This document shows, piece by piece, positions 1 to 9,580 of a stretch of 64,000 nucleotides of DNA; position 1 is the stretch's first letter, and each line of letters begins with the position of its first letter. A program made the translations under genes and the position numbers. This stretch comes from a virus: IMG/VR virus record IMGVR_UViG_3300021964_000017; one strand, written 5' to 3'. The notes under the pieces were generated by a model. The model did not search any database. It saw nothing but the letters and a program-made list of their open reading frames with translations, and was not told the origin of the DNA.

Positions 1-330
1 CGATGCAATGTTACCTTCAGTGGTTACAGCTCTGTGAGGATACCTCTTTTTAACCATTGTTCTTAATTCATGCTCAGGCATGGGCCAACCAGACTCTCTC
101 AGTCCATCATTCATAGCAAAGAATGTCCAGTGGTAATCTGGGGTTCCGTATAGCTTCTGAGAAACTATATCTGGTCGATCTCCATCTAGAATTGTGTACT
201 TCTCATAAAAAGAAATCTCTTGTTTAACCTGATCAATAATATCAATATACGCACTAAGGTTAGGAAACAGTGTTTGTGCTTCATTGTCGCCAAAGTTGTA
301 TCCTACTAAAGGAAATTTTTTAAAATACAT
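1..330 (-). CDS. 53: Baseplate wedge subunit gp53 (5' part; runs off the window edge)
   Basis: Hand translation from ATG at 330: MYFKKFPLVGYNF...YTILDGDRPDIVSQKLYGTPDYHWTFFAMN, the LysM-like gp53 pattern; adjacent to gp48. Confidence 0.85.
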   Translation of the reverse strand, partial: MYFKKFPLVGYNFGDNEAQTLFPNLSAYIDIIDQVKQEISFYEKYTILDGDRPDIVSQKLYGTPDYHWTFFAMNDGLRESGWPMPEHELRTMVKKRYPHRAVTTEGNIAS

Positions 331-332
331 TA

Positions 333-1301
333 TTAGTATCCTTTTCCAATAAGCTCTTTATGGAGTGTTGATGATTCAACGAATGTCATTGAAATATCCA
401 CTTCAGTGAAGTCCCCACCTTCCAAGAATCCCATACCACTTGAGTTATATGTTGCCGTAAAGTTTCTCAGATATGACGGCAGAATTCTTGTAGCCAATCG
501 GTTGCTAGTGTTTTTGTAATACATGTTGATATCAAACACATTTGGAAACTCATACCCAGCATTAATACTACCAATCTTAATTACTTCAGGATACAATTCA
601 GATCTAAAGAAGTTAACAATTTCTTTAATGTTCTGAGTTTCTGTCTTTGATGTAGGAATCATTTTAAATGTAAATGTAAACTCTCTAAGCGGTACACTCT
701 TAAACAAAGCTCGTGTATTAGGGTTTACAGAAGTTCTAGTTGCCGATCTAACAGCGCCTCTGGCTGCGTCAGACGGGATCTTATTGGCCGCTCTTGTTAC
801 TGCCAGTCTGCCTACAGGAGTTCCTAGAGGAGCGTTTCCTGTTAGTGTATCTACAAAGGAATCGATACCTTCTACCGTAGCATTCATTAGTGATGGAACA
901 ACAGCATTACCAGCCTGAAGACCAGCCGCAGCACCAGCGCCTAAGATTCCAAGGTCTACATTATCATATGCAGCAGCATCATTGATCTGAACAGCTTGGG
1001 GTAGATATAATGTACATTTTCTTAGAAAGCGTTCAATCCGCTCACCAGATTCAATAGTCTGGTAAGCAGGATCGTTACCATTCATACCATCAATAATGTT
1101 AGCTCGGGTTGCGGAGGTAGCTCTTACTCTCGCAGCTGCACGTGCCAAACCAGGATCAACCTGGCCAGTACCATATCCAGATACAGGTGTAGCATTACCA
1201 AAGATAGCTGCCACATCAACAGACCGCAATTTAATAGCCTGGAAACTAACTCGTGCTTCATACTTTGTGTCTTGTAAATCAACTGGGAATTGTAGAGCCA
1301 T
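333..1301 (-). CDS. 48: Baseplate tail-tube cap gp48
   Basis: NPNTRALFKSVPLREFTFTFKMIP and ISMTFVE motifs; synteny with gp53 and gp4. Confidence 0.85.
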   Translation of the reverse strand: MALQFPVDLQDTKYEARVSFQAIKLRSVDVAAIFGNATPVSGYGTGQVDPGLARAAARVRATSATRANIIDGMNGNDPAYQTIESGERIERFLRKCTLYLPQAVQINDAAAYDNVDLGILGAGAAAGLQAGNAVVPSLMNATVEGIDSFVDTLTGNAPLGTPVGRLAVTRAANKIPSDAARGAVRSATRTSVNPNTRALFKSVPLREFTFTFKMIPTSKTETQNIKEIVNFFRSELYPEVIKIGSINAGYEFPNVFDINMYYKNTSNRLATRILPSYLRNFTATYNSSGMGFLEGGDFTEVDISMTFVESSTLHKELIGKGY

Positions 1302-1311
1302 TTAATATTCC

Positions 1312-1345
1312 AATAAATAGTGTTAAATCGTTGAAAGTATTTATA
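1312..1345. promoter_or_regulatory. Pair of T4 late promoters (AATAAATA on + at 1312-1319; TATAAATA on - at 1338-1345) serving the divergent gp4 and gp48 genes
   Basis: Match to the gp55-dependent TATAAATA consensus just upstream of each gene. Confidence 0.75.
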
Positions 1346-1857
1346 TGGCTTATTCAGGAAAGTATATTGTAAAACACCGGAGCAAATACAATGGTGACGC
1401 GGATAAGGTGATTTATCGCTCTATGTGGGAAAGACATTGCTTCTATTGGTGTGATATGAATGCTAATATTAAAAGTTGGTCTAGTGAAGAAGTAGTCATT
1501 CCATATCGTTGGGATGTTGATAAACGCATGCATCGTTACTTTATGGATCTCAAGATTACTTATAAGACTGGCAAGACAATACTTGTAGAGATCAAACCAG
1601 ACAAAGAAACCAAACCTCCAAAGAGACCCGACAAGTCTAAACGGTATATCAACGAAGCAATGACATATGTAAAGAATATGAACAAGTGGGAAGCTGCCAA
1701 TGAGTATGCTAAAGATCGGGGATGGGACTTTCAAATCTGGACTGAAAAGACTTTGACTGAAATGGGAATTATGCCCACACAATCAAAGAAGGGAAGTTTA
1801 AAACCTCTCAAGCCGCTAAAGCCTTTTCGAAAGAAAAAGCCTAAGAAAAAGGTATAA
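1345..1857 (+). CDS. 4: Head completion nuclease gp4 (TnsA-like)
   Basis: MAYSGKY..KY.GD..IYRSMWE..WSSEE..YFMD..VEIKP signature. Confidence 0.92.
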   Translation: MAYSGKYIVKHRSKYNGDADKVIYRSMWERHCFYWCDMNANIKSWSSEEVVIPYRWDVDKRMHRYFMDLKITYKTGKTILVEIKPDKETKPPKRPDKSKRYINEAMTYVKNMNKWEAANEYAKDRGWDFQIWTEKTLTEMGIMPTQSKKGSLKPLKPLKPFRKKKPKKKV

Positions 1858-1860
1858 ATA
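1853..1860 (+). promoter_or_regulatory. T4 late promoter TATAAATA
   Basis: Exact consensus 5 nt before the gp2 ATG. Confidence 0.8.
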
Positions 1861-1865
1861 CCACC

Positions 1866-2450
1866 ATGAGCAATTTATTTCAAACACTAGAGATGGAAGC
1901 ATTCCGTAACGGAATCACACCTCGTACAAAACAATCCAGAGAATGGTTCCGTAAGAAGGCCCAGTCAATGCGGCGTGTCAATCGTAATCAGATTATGAAA
2001 GAAGAGCCAATTGAGTTGAAGAGCAGATTCCAGCCAGGTGCAATGGCCATGTTCTTTTACGATCCTAAGACAAAAGAAAAGCTCCCCTACTATGACTCCT
2101 TTCCATTAACAATTATTGTAGACTCTGCTCCTGGTGGATTCTATGGAATGAATCTACATTATCTTCCTCCAATGCTCAGAGCTAAGTTCTTAGACGTGTT
2201 GTTGGATAATACTAATAATAAGTACTATGATGAAAAGACAAGGTTTGCTGTGTCGTACAACTATCTAAAGAGATCTGCGCGCACTAAGTATTTTAAACCA
2301 TGCTTCAAACATTATCTAACAGACCATGTTAAGAGTAGATTTGCTATTATACCAGCGCCTGAGTGGGAGATTGCAACATTCTTACCTTTGGCTGATTGGC
2401 AAAAAGCTAGTGGTAGTAAAGTATATGCAGATTCAAGAAGGATGCTGTAA
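1866..2450 (+). CDS. 2: DNA end protector gp2
   Basis: FFYDPKTKEKLPYYDSFPL...GMNLHYLPP...FKHYL motifs. Confidence 0.92.
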   Translation: MSNLFQTLEMEAFRNGITPRTKQSREWFRKKAQSMRRVNRNQIMKEEPIELKSRFQPGAMAMFFYDPKTKEKLPYYDSFPLTIIVDSAPGGFYGMNLHYLPPMLRAKFLDVLLDNTNNKYYDEKTRFAVSYNYLKRSARTKYFKPCFKHYLTDHVKSRFAIIPAPEWEIATFLPLADWQKASGSKVYADSRRML

Positions 2451-3019
2451 TGAACATTGATCAATTAAAATCGGTTGCATCTAAGTCAAGAGGATTTGCT
2501 AGCGCAAACCAATTTATGGTTACTCTACCATCCCTTGGTAGATATGATACTAGAGATCTAAATATCCTTTGTACCAATGTTAATATGCCAGGTAGACAGA
2601 TCCTGACACAAGAAAGACTAATTGGTGTTAAAGGTCGTAAGATGCCTAATGGATTCGCATCAGATGATGTGAGTATGACATTTCATGTTATGAATGACTA
2701 TATGATTAAAAACTACTTTGAAGAGTGGCAAGAGTCAACAATTAGTCAAGCAACGCATGAGATTGCATATCCTTCTTCCTATTGTAGGGATGTGAGGATT
2801 GCACAGCTAAAGAAGGGAATGGCTTTTGATTTCCCTGTAGATAAAATCTTTGGTATCAATTTGGATATCGATATTCGTACCAGAGATTCTATCGTCTATG
2901 AATGCAAACTGATGGATGCATTCCCAACAACTTTGAACGCAATTGAATTAAATAACGAGTTGGATGGCCTAGTCCAACTCAATGTCCAGCTTTCGTATAG
3001 AAACTGGGAGAAAGTATAA
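2450..3019 (+). CDS. Baseplate tail-tube initiator (gp54/gp19-like)
   Basis: LCTNVNMPG, FEEWQ and L.DAFPT..V.LSY tube-fold motifs; position between gp2 and gp26. Confidence 0.75.
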   Translation: MNIDQLKSVASKSRGFASANQFMVTLPSLGRYDTRDLNILCTNVNMPGRQILTQERLIGVKGRKMPNGFASDDVSMTFHVMNDYMIKNYFEEWQESTISQATHEIAYPSSYCRDVRIAQLKKGMAFDFPVDKIFGINLDIDIRTRDSIVYECKLMDAFPTTLNAIELNNELDGLVQLNVQLSYRNWEKV

Positions 3020-3031
3020 GGATGATAAATT

Positions 3032-3733
3032 ATGGCACTACCTAAGATTAATGGAACTCCAAAGTATGATATGACTATTCCTTCAACAAAGGAAACGGTT
3101 AGGTTCAGACCGTTCCTCGTTAAAGAAGAAAAAGTTCTTATGATGGCTATGGAGTCTAATGACAATAATCAAATGTTAAACTCTATTGTAGATACGTTAG
3201 ATGCGTGTGTAGAAAATGGAGTTGATAAACAAAACTTAACAACATTTGATGTTGAGTATATGTTCACCAAACTAAGAGCTAAGTCGGTTGGAGAAACTTC
3301 AAAAGTTGGAGTTCAATGTACACAATGTGATGAACAAAATGAAGTATCAATAAATGTAGAAGATATTCAAATAGATGTCCCCAAAACAGATCATATTATT
3401 GACCTAGGAAATGATATCAAAGTTGAAACTAAGTGGCCTTGTTATTCTGACATTATTAAATTGAATCCAGATGGTAATTCTACCGATCAAGTTTTTGCAA
3501 TTTTGAGAGCAAGTCTATCTGCTGTTCATACTAATGATGAACGGCTCGACTTAAAAGATGAGACTGAAAAAGAAATTCAAGACTTTATTGAGTCGATGAA
3601 TAGAAGTCAGTTTGAGATGCTGCAACATTTTGTTGAAGGAATGCCTTCATTATCACACAATGTTGAATTTAAATGCTCAAGCTGTAGTGCAGAAAATAAA
3701 GTTGTTTTAGAAGGAATGCAAAGTTTTTTTTAG
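3032..3733 (+). CDS. 26: Baseplate hub assembly protein gp26
   Basis: MALPK..P.Y..IPST..FRPFLVKEEK, LRAKSVGE, two CxxC motifs, C-terminal SFF. Confidence 0.9.
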   Translation: MALPKINGTPKYDMTIPSTKETVRFRPFLVKEEKVLMMAMESNDNNQMLNSIVDTLDACVENGVDKQNLTTFDVEYMFTKLRAKSVGETSKVGVQCTQCDEQNEVSINVEDIQIDVPKTDHIIDLGNDIKVETKWPCYSDIIKLNPDGNSTDQVFAILRASLSAVHTNDERLDLKDETEKEIQDFIESMNRSQFEMLQHFVEGMPSLSHNVEFKCSSCSAENKVVLEGMQSFF

Positions 3734-3912
3734 TGTGTCTATCTCACAATGATTTATACACTCATTATCAAACTAACTTTTCTTTAATGCAACACCATAA
3801 ATATAGTTTGAGTGAGATAGACGAAATGATACCTTGGGAACGGGAAGTTTATCTTTCATTACTCATAGACTATTTAAAACAAGAAGAGCAAGCTAGAAGA
3901 GAAGCAGGATAA
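3733..3912 (+). CDS. 51: Baseplate hub assembly catalyst, gp51-like (short; possibly reached by -1 frameshift from gp26)
   Basis: Not in the ORF track; hand translation VCLSHNDLYTHYQTNFSLMQHHKYSLSEIDEMIPWEREVYLSLLIDYLKQEE. Confidence 0.85.
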   Translation: MCLSHNDLYTHYQTNFSLMQHHKYSLSEIDEMIPWEREVYLSLLIDYLKQEEQARREAG

Positions 3913-3914
3913 CA

Positions 3915-5738
3915 ATGGCAACATTAACAGATGTAATAGACCAGTTAAAAGTTAACAATGTTGGTATTGATAACACGTCAAAAAATATTGACAAGCTCGT
4001 ACAAAGCATTGAACGGTCCCGCCTCGATAACCTAGAAGATAAGTTAGATAAAAATAGAGCTGTGAAGCCTATTGTTGAAAAATCTAAAGCGTTTCAGGCT
4101 GGCGAAAATGTAGGCAGTTTTGGTTTTATGGGGATGTTTAACCCAGCTGCCCTATTAGCACCACTACTAGCAAGTGTCACAGCGTTTGGTGCTGGTATTG
4201 CTGACCTGCGTGGTTGGGAAAAGGGTGCAATAACATCTATTACAAAAGGTCTTACAACACTAACAAGTAGTGCTCTTGATGGCGCTAGAAATTTACGGAC
4301 AGGCATTCTTGGGAAGATGTTTGGCATTGAAGTTGATGCTAAAACAGGTTTGGCGAAATCAGGAGATACGACTAAAAAAGGCTTGGCGATCTATAGGCCA
4401 TTAAGTGAAGTAATCGAGGCACGGTTTGCTTCTCTAAGAACTGGATTCCTTAATGCGTTTGGTGTTGGAGCTGATGGTAAGCCAATTCAAGACCCAAAAA
4501 ACAAAATGAAGGTGAGTACGACAGGCGCGTTTATCACTAAAGCCACCGAGCGGATTAATAAGTTGTTAAGCCCTGTTATGAAAGTGTCGGCAGGTATTGC
4601 TGACTTTATCAAGGGCGCTGGATCGGGGTTATTTAAGTTTTTAGATCCATTCATTTCAGGTGCAAAAGCTTTTGGAACTATGTTTTCTAAAATACTTTGG
4701 CCAGTTGGAGTTATTATGTCTTTGTTTGAAGCTGTGACTGCATACCAGAACGAAGACGGTTCTAAGTTTGACAAATTCAAAGAAGGTTTTGGCACATTCT
4801 TTGCAGACTTTATAGGTGCACCACTTGACCTTCTAAAGTCCGGTATGGTATGGATAATGAGAAAACTGCTAGGAGTTGAGGTTGATGATGATGGTAATAT
4901 CAAGCCAGGGCAAGGCATCTCTGGTGATGCATTAGCTATTATTCAAAAGTTTAGCTTCAAAGAATCTATTAAATCCTTAATTGATGGAGTGTTTAGCATT
5001 GGCGAATCTGCATTCAAGTGGTTTAGCGACTTGTTCTCTGGTGAGAAGTCTATTGGAGAGTCTATGTCTATCTTATGGAAAGCGTGGTTGGGCGCAGCAG
5101 CAGATATAGGTAGCTGGGTTTGGAACAAAGCAATTGCTCCTATCACAGAATGGTTTGCGTCTAAGTTAGGTATTGATTTAGACCTACCTGAGCTTGATAT
5201 CAAAGAAATGGTTGGTAATACATACGAAAGAATCAAGAATAACTTCTTAAACTCTATGGAAAACCTAGCCATATGGTTCATGACTATGCCCAAGAAGATA
5301 GGACTTGCTTTAGAAGAAGAATGGGTATATGCAATAGCAAAACTCAAAACTGGGTTTGTTAAATTTGGTGAATGGATTTCTGGCTTGCCAGATTCTATAT
5401 TCTTAGGATCATTGCAGAAGTTAAAAGATACTGTACCCAATTGGGCATCCAAAGCTCTGGGGTTAAATTCATCAATTGAAAACGCTCAAGCACGTGTTGA
5501 TGCTAGAGGAGCAGGTACAGCAGCGTCAATGGAAAGAATTGACTTCGAGACTGCTAGACAACTTGGAGATATTAATCAAAGACGTCAAGAGTTAGAAACA
5601 TACGCTCAGCAGCTAATTGATGCCAAACAGTATAACTCAACAACTGTGAACTCTGGTGGCATTGTCATGGATGCGACAACTCCCACCACTGATCCTCTCG
5701 GTGGTGGGAGCGCTTACGCATTTGTGGGTGGTAGGTGA
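3915..5738 (+). CDS. Tape-measure / baseplate hub-like protein (gp29 equivalent)
   Basis: 607 aa, Gly/Ala-rich amphipathic helices with periodic W/F; directly after gp26/gp51. Confidence 0.6.
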   Translation: MATLTDVIDQLKVNNVGIDNTSKNIDKLVQSIERSRLDNLEDKLDKNRAVKPIVEKSKAFQAGENVGSFGFMGMFNPAALLAPLLASVTAFGAGIADLRGWEKGAITSITKGLTTLTSSALDGARNLRTGILGKMFGIEVDAKTGLAKSGDTTKKGLAIYRPLSEVIEARFASLRTGFLNAFGVGADGKPIQDPKNKMKVSTTGAFITKATERINKLLSPVMKVSAGIADFIKGAGSGLFKFLDPFISGAKAFGTMFSKILWPVGVIMSLFEAVTAYQNEDGSKFDKFKEGFGTFFADFIGAPLDLLKSGMVWIMRKLLGVEVDDDGNIKPGQGISGDALAIIQKFSFKESIKSLIDGVFSIGESAFKWFSDLFSGEKSIGESMSILWKAWLGAAADIGSWVWNKAIAPITEWFASKLGIDLDLPELDIKEMVGNTYERIKNNFLNSMENLAIWFMTMPKKIGLALEEEWVYAIAKLKTGFVKFGEWISGLPDSIFLGSLQKLKDTVPNWASKALGLNSSIENAQARVDARGAGTAASMERIDFETARQLGDINQRRQELETYAQQLIDAKQYNSTTVNSGGIVMDATTPTTDPLGGGSAYAFVGGR

Positions 5739-6653
5739 TTAGTCCTCTGCAGCCAACTTAGCAAAGTAACTCATGGTATCATCTTCCATACCAGACTCTG
5801 CTGTAGCAATCTCTGGTTGAGGCGATCCAGCGATATCAGGCTGGGGAGCTGATGGAAAGTCAGGGATCTCATCATCAAGTTCCAATGAAGCTGCTTGCTT
5901 TTGAGTACGAGGAGCTTGTTCACCAAGAACCATAGCCAAACGAGACTTGAGCTCGTCATAGGTCTTGTAGTTCTTCGGATCAGTAAACTCCGTCATATCA
6001 TGCTGCTTACTATACAGCTCCTCCATTGCCTCGTCTTCACCAATTGCTGATGGAGACTTAAATGAAGAGGCATCATAGTTAGGATAGCCTTCGACCTTAC
6101 GGATCTTAACAGTAAAGTCTGCACCTTCCCACATGTCGAATGGATTAACAGGCTTCTCGTCTGGGAACTGAGGTTGCATGCTATCCATAATCTTGTCAAA
6201 GATCTTCTTACCAAAACGATACAGTTTGATCTGTCCTTCGTTCTCTGGTGCAGATGGATCTGAGATGATCAATACGTTTGCAACATACCGCAAGTTCCGC
6301 TTACGTTGACGTACTGTAGCTTTGTCAGCCTCGACACCAGAGTTCCACATTTTACTGTTTAGCTCTGAGAGAGGATCTTGCTGACCAATAGAAGTCAATG
6401 ACTTCTCAATGTACCACTGACCAGTTGGGCCTTTGAATGCATGGTCCCAGTAGCGGACCCATGGAGTGGCTGCTTCTGCATCTCCTGGCAAGAAGCGAAT
6501 CACAGCGTAACCATTGCCAGCCTTATCTCGTGTAGGCTGCCAGAATCGAGGGTCATCTGATTGTCGTTTAGTTTGACCTCCAGTAGCTTGCTGAGCTTGC
6601 TCTACAAGTTTACCGAGGTCGGCGCGGTTACGTTTTAGCGCTGCGAATGACAT
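5739..6653 (-). CDS. 32: Single-stranded DNA-binding protein gp32
   Basis: DDPRFWQPTRDKAGNGYAVIRFLP, WYIE.SL, FGKKIFDKI, acidic tail ending SYFAKLAAED. Confidence 0.95.
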   Translation of the reverse strand: MSFAALKRNRADLGKLVEQAQQATGGQTKRQSDDPRFWQPTRDKAGNGYAVIRFLPGDAEAATPWVRYWDHAFKGPTGQWYIEKSLTSIGQQDPLSELNSKMWNSGVEADKATVRQRKRNLRYVANVLIISDPSAPENEGQIKLYRFGKKIFDKIMDSMQPQFPDEKPVNPFDMWEGADFTVKIRKVEGYPNYDASSFKSPSAIGEDEAMEELYSKQHDMTEFTDPKNYKTYDELKSRLAMVLGEQAPRTQKQAASLELDDEIPDFPSAPQPDIAGSPQPEIATAESGMEDDTMSYFAKLAAED

Positions 6654-6722
6654 ATGTATTCTCCTTATTAAGATATGTGTCGTATGGTTGTATGTTCGTA
6701 TATTATACTACATTATATATGG

Positions 6723-6953
6723 CTAATCAATAGGTAATTGATTGCCTCGGGGAAGAAAGTTGAGATTCATAGCCTCAGCTTCCAACTTATTTTTGATGAC
6801 TGGAGAGATGAACTTACGCACCTCTTCCAGCTCAACTTCATTTTCTTCACATAGATGAATTATTGCATCCATGTAGGTCAGTCTCTTTTTAGTTACTGCA
6901 CCTTCAATTAACTTGGCAAAACTTGCCTTTGTTAGAAATTGTTTATCAAGCAT
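6723..6953 (-). CDS. 33: Late transcription coactivator gp33
   Basis: YMDAIIHLCEE...IKNKLEAEAMNLNFL. Confidence 0.85.
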   Translation of the reverse strand: MLDKQFLTKASFAKLIEGAVTKKRLTYMDAIIHLCEENEVELEEVRKFISPVIKNKLEAEAMNLNFLPRGNQLPID

Positions 6954-7542
6954 CCTGCTCAGCCATTTCCTTTGTATAGAGTCCCACGTCAGGATAGTAC
7001 CATCCTACGCTGCGTTTTGGAGTTCCGTCTTTATTGTATGCCATAACATACACACGATGAGAGATCTTATTCTGCATCTGCGATCCATAGAAGAAGTCAA
7101 GATAGACCCCATGCCGTAGATACGATTCAAGATTGAAGACGTATGTTTCGATCTGTTGGTACTTCGACCGCTCGTTAGAATCTTTAGAGGTCTTGAAGTC
7201 ACGAATGCCTGCCAGCACCTCTTTGTTCTCTTTGATCCAAGAACGAACATTAACCAACGACAGAGGATTGTCGTCAGGAAGATTACGAACATTCTCAGCA
7301 ATGAGTTTGTTCTGTGATGGTCCTTTACTTGCACGAGCAGCAGCAAGACGATCAGCAGCAGCCTTTTTCTGCTCTTCAGTCATCACACGCTTCTTACGAA
7401 ACTTCTTAGCAGGCTTACGATCGAGACCTAGCTTCTCCAATGCGGCGGCTTTGTTAGCAGCCTTAGTAGCTTTCATCTTTGCAACCTTAGCTGCCATTTC
7501 TTCCTCAGTCAACTTTCTACGTGCCATGTGCACCTCCATCAT
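6946..7542 (-). CDS. Conserved T4-like hypothetical protein with basic N-terminus
   Basis: Long ORF with RBS; AAADRLAAAR and YLRHG.Y motifs; upstream of gp33. Confidence 0.6.
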   Translation of the reverse strand: MMEVHMARRKLTEEEMAAKVAKMKATKAANKAAALEKLGLDRKPAKKFRKKRVMTEEQKKAAADRLAAARASKGPSQNKLIAENVRNLPDDNPLSLVNVRSWIKENKEVLAGIRDFKTSKDSNERSKYQQIETYVFNLESYLRHGVYLDFFYGSQMQNKISHRVYVMAYNKDGTPKRSVGWYYPDVGLYTKEMAEQDA

Positions 7543-7553
7543 AATATAGAACT

Positions 7554-7588
7554 ATTATCGCACCTTATTGTAATAAAGTCAACAGTTA
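7554..7588 (-). promoter_or_regulatory. Early promoter (TAACTG-TTGACT-17-GATAAT)
   Basis: One of 13 related copies in the window. Confidence 0.75.
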
Positions 7589-7792
7589 ATATTCATCGTG
7601 GAGCTTAATAATTTCAATTTCTCCATCCGAATTTGTTTTATGCTTGAGGTAACCTTCCTGGCAGAGATGGTTAATCGTATCCTCAATAGTATTAGTTGTT
7701 TTTCTTTGACCCCACTCTCTACCTGCCATGAAGGCGCATATACTAGCGCCTCCAATAAGCGCCCACTGGACTAACCCTGGATCAAGATACAT
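7586..7792 (-). CDS. Small membrane protein
   Basis: N-terminal hydrophobic helix; AAGGAG RBS; late promoter TATAAATA at 7821-7828. Confidence 0.6.
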   Translation of the reverse strand: MYLDPGLVQWALIGGASICAFMAGREWGQRKTTNTIEDTINHLCQEGYLKHKTNSDGEIEIIKLHDEY

Positions 7793-7828
7793 GTAAAATC
7801 TCCTTATGTGTGCACTTAGTTATTTATA

Positions 7829-8095
7829 TCAGCTAAATGAGATCACGTTTTCTACCCGGAATGATCGGAATGCTGACTTATTGACATCCCAAGCAACAAT
7901 CGTTTGTTCATTGACCGCACGGACCTTTTTCTGTGTCAGCGGATCATCTTTCTTAGCAGGAGGAAGAACATCCTCTTGAAGAGTGCAGACCATGTTACGT
8001 TCTTCACCATTGATCTTTGTAAAGATCACGCGGCACTCACGTTGCTGCAATTCAGTAATCATTTCTTCTCTATTCATATCAGTTATATCCCACAT
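7829..8095 (-). CDS. SH3/Sm-like beta-barrel protein (WYL_2-like)
   Basis: V.FTK.NGEER.M.CTL...WDV.K.AFRSFR pattern. Confidence 0.7.
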   Translation of the reverse strand: MWDITDMNREEMITELQQRECRVIFTKINGEERNMVCTLQEDVLPPAKKDDPLTQKKVRAVNEQTIVAWDVNKSAFRSFRVENVISFS

Positions 8096-8103
8096 TGTAA
8101 TTA

Positions 8104-9017
8104 TTAATTCCAGTCGTTATCGAACCGAGTAGTTTCATGATATACTTCACCATACCACTCTTTGGCATACTTAGATGCATCAGTATAATAACGCTCGTCT
8201 TTCATAGAATCAGAGTTGTCGAGAAAAGATTTAGCGTTGCTCTTCGAAGGCTTAGCCTCCATACGTACAAATCGAGCTTCGCGAGTCTTTGACTGTTGTA
8301 AGCGTTTCGCAGATGCTTTGATCATTGCAATTCTTTCAGCTTTACTTTGCATTCCAACCATTCTCCTTTAGACGTTGAGTGAACATTATCTTCTCTTCTG
8401 TCGATAAAGTCAACTCTGTTTTTTTACATCGATTAGCAAATTCACGTAGGACCCAAGTTCCCATTCCATTATTGACAAGACTGTAGTGTTTATCATCACC
8501 CCACTTGTCGTGTTTGTAAATCATCCCCAATCCTTCCAATCTTGGTTAACAGTTTCATTATACTCGAAACCAGCATGATACTCAAGCAATTCTCGCTTGG
8601 TCATCTCACTTTTTTCTATGCGATGAGAAGTAAACGTATCGCCAACAAAATAATGAGGCTGTAAGCCACGACCATAATAACTATCAGCCGATCCACGATC
8701 GAACGGACCTCCATGGCGGAGTGTTTCAGATTTTCCAAATGTGACGTCATAGTCGATTCCTTTATATGTGAAAATTTCCATTACATCTGTCCTCCCAATG
8801 TAGCATATCCATCAGAGTCTTGCAAGAACAGCTCATCCATATGAACATCGAGAGCCTTTTCTTCGCGAGCGATATTATTGATTAGATCACCAATAATCAT
8901 ATCAAGCTCAACTTGGATATCAGACTTGCTCATGTTGAAGGTGTTCGAACGACGAAGAACGCCAGCAAGTTTGTTCTTAACTGTGATTGCATCTTGGATG
9001 TCTTTGACGATAAGCAT
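8104..9017 (-). CDS. Run of four small early hypothetical genes (8104-8361, 8342-8539, 8521-8781, 8781-9017)
   Basis: Tightly packed or overlapping ORFs after the promoter at 9044-9072; 8521 has a HGGPFDRGSADSYYGR motif. Confidence 0.6.
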
Positions 9018-9043
9018 AATAAATCTCCTTCATTTGATATCCC

Positions 9044-9078
9044 CTTATCCCCTATTGTGAGGATAAGGTCAACAGTTA
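9044..9078 (-). promoter_or_regulatory. Early promoter (TTGACC-17-GATAAG)
   Basis: Repeated TAACTGTTGAC motif. Confidence 0.7.
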
Positions 9079-9165
9079 TTTTAGCTTTTTATCAAAAAGT
9101 TTCTACGATGGCTGTTGCTACGCAAAGACATACAAAGAACGCTGAACAGAATACAAAAGCTCCCA

Positions 9166-9501
9166 TTACAAAACTTCTCCTGTAATTACGTTAACAACTT
9201 TAGCATTTGGACCAAAAGCTGCTTGAGCCATCATGCGCTCTTCATTCTTTTGTTCTTCTGAACGATTAGCTTGAGCAAACATGTAATCTTTCAACATTGC
9301 TGTCTGCTCGATCTTACGAGTATTCTCAGAAAGCTCGACTTGAAAATCAGCAATCAAACCCAATGTTGCAAAGTCAGTTACCATGTCAAGAAAAGGAACT
9401 CGGTCGTTAGATACCCAACGAACTACATCACCATCCATATATGCACCAGCAAAGTTCTCGATGATCTTTTCTGCTGTGTAACCTGTTTCAAACTTTTCCA
9501 T
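9166..9501 (-). CDS. Hypothetical early protein
   Basis: AAGGAG RBS and its own early promoter; W.SNDRVP and AAFG..VVNVITG motifs. Confidence 0.65.
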   Translation of the reverse strand: MEKFETGYTAEKIIENFAGAYMDGDVVRWVSNDRVPFLDMVTDFATLGLIADFQVELSENTRKIEQTAMLKDYMFAQANRSEEQKNEERMMAQAAFGPNAKVVNVITGEVL

Positions 9502-9524
9502 GTCTTTTCTCCTTTTGATGCCCC

Positions 9525-9559
9525 TTTATCGGACATAAATAGACAAAGGTCAACAGTTA
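9525..9559 (-). promoter_or_regulatory. Early promoter (TTGACC-17-GATAAA) overlapping a + strand late promoter CATAAATA (9534-9541)
   Basis: Motif matches. Confidence 0.7.
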
Positions 9560-9580
9560 TTTTAAGAAAGACTAAAAAAA

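Noticed and set aside
4094-5452. Minus-strand ORFs within the tape-measure-like gene, and similar antisense ORFs in nrdJ, DUF932 and gp41
   Set aside because: They are antisense shadows of well-supported genes, with no RBS or motifs.
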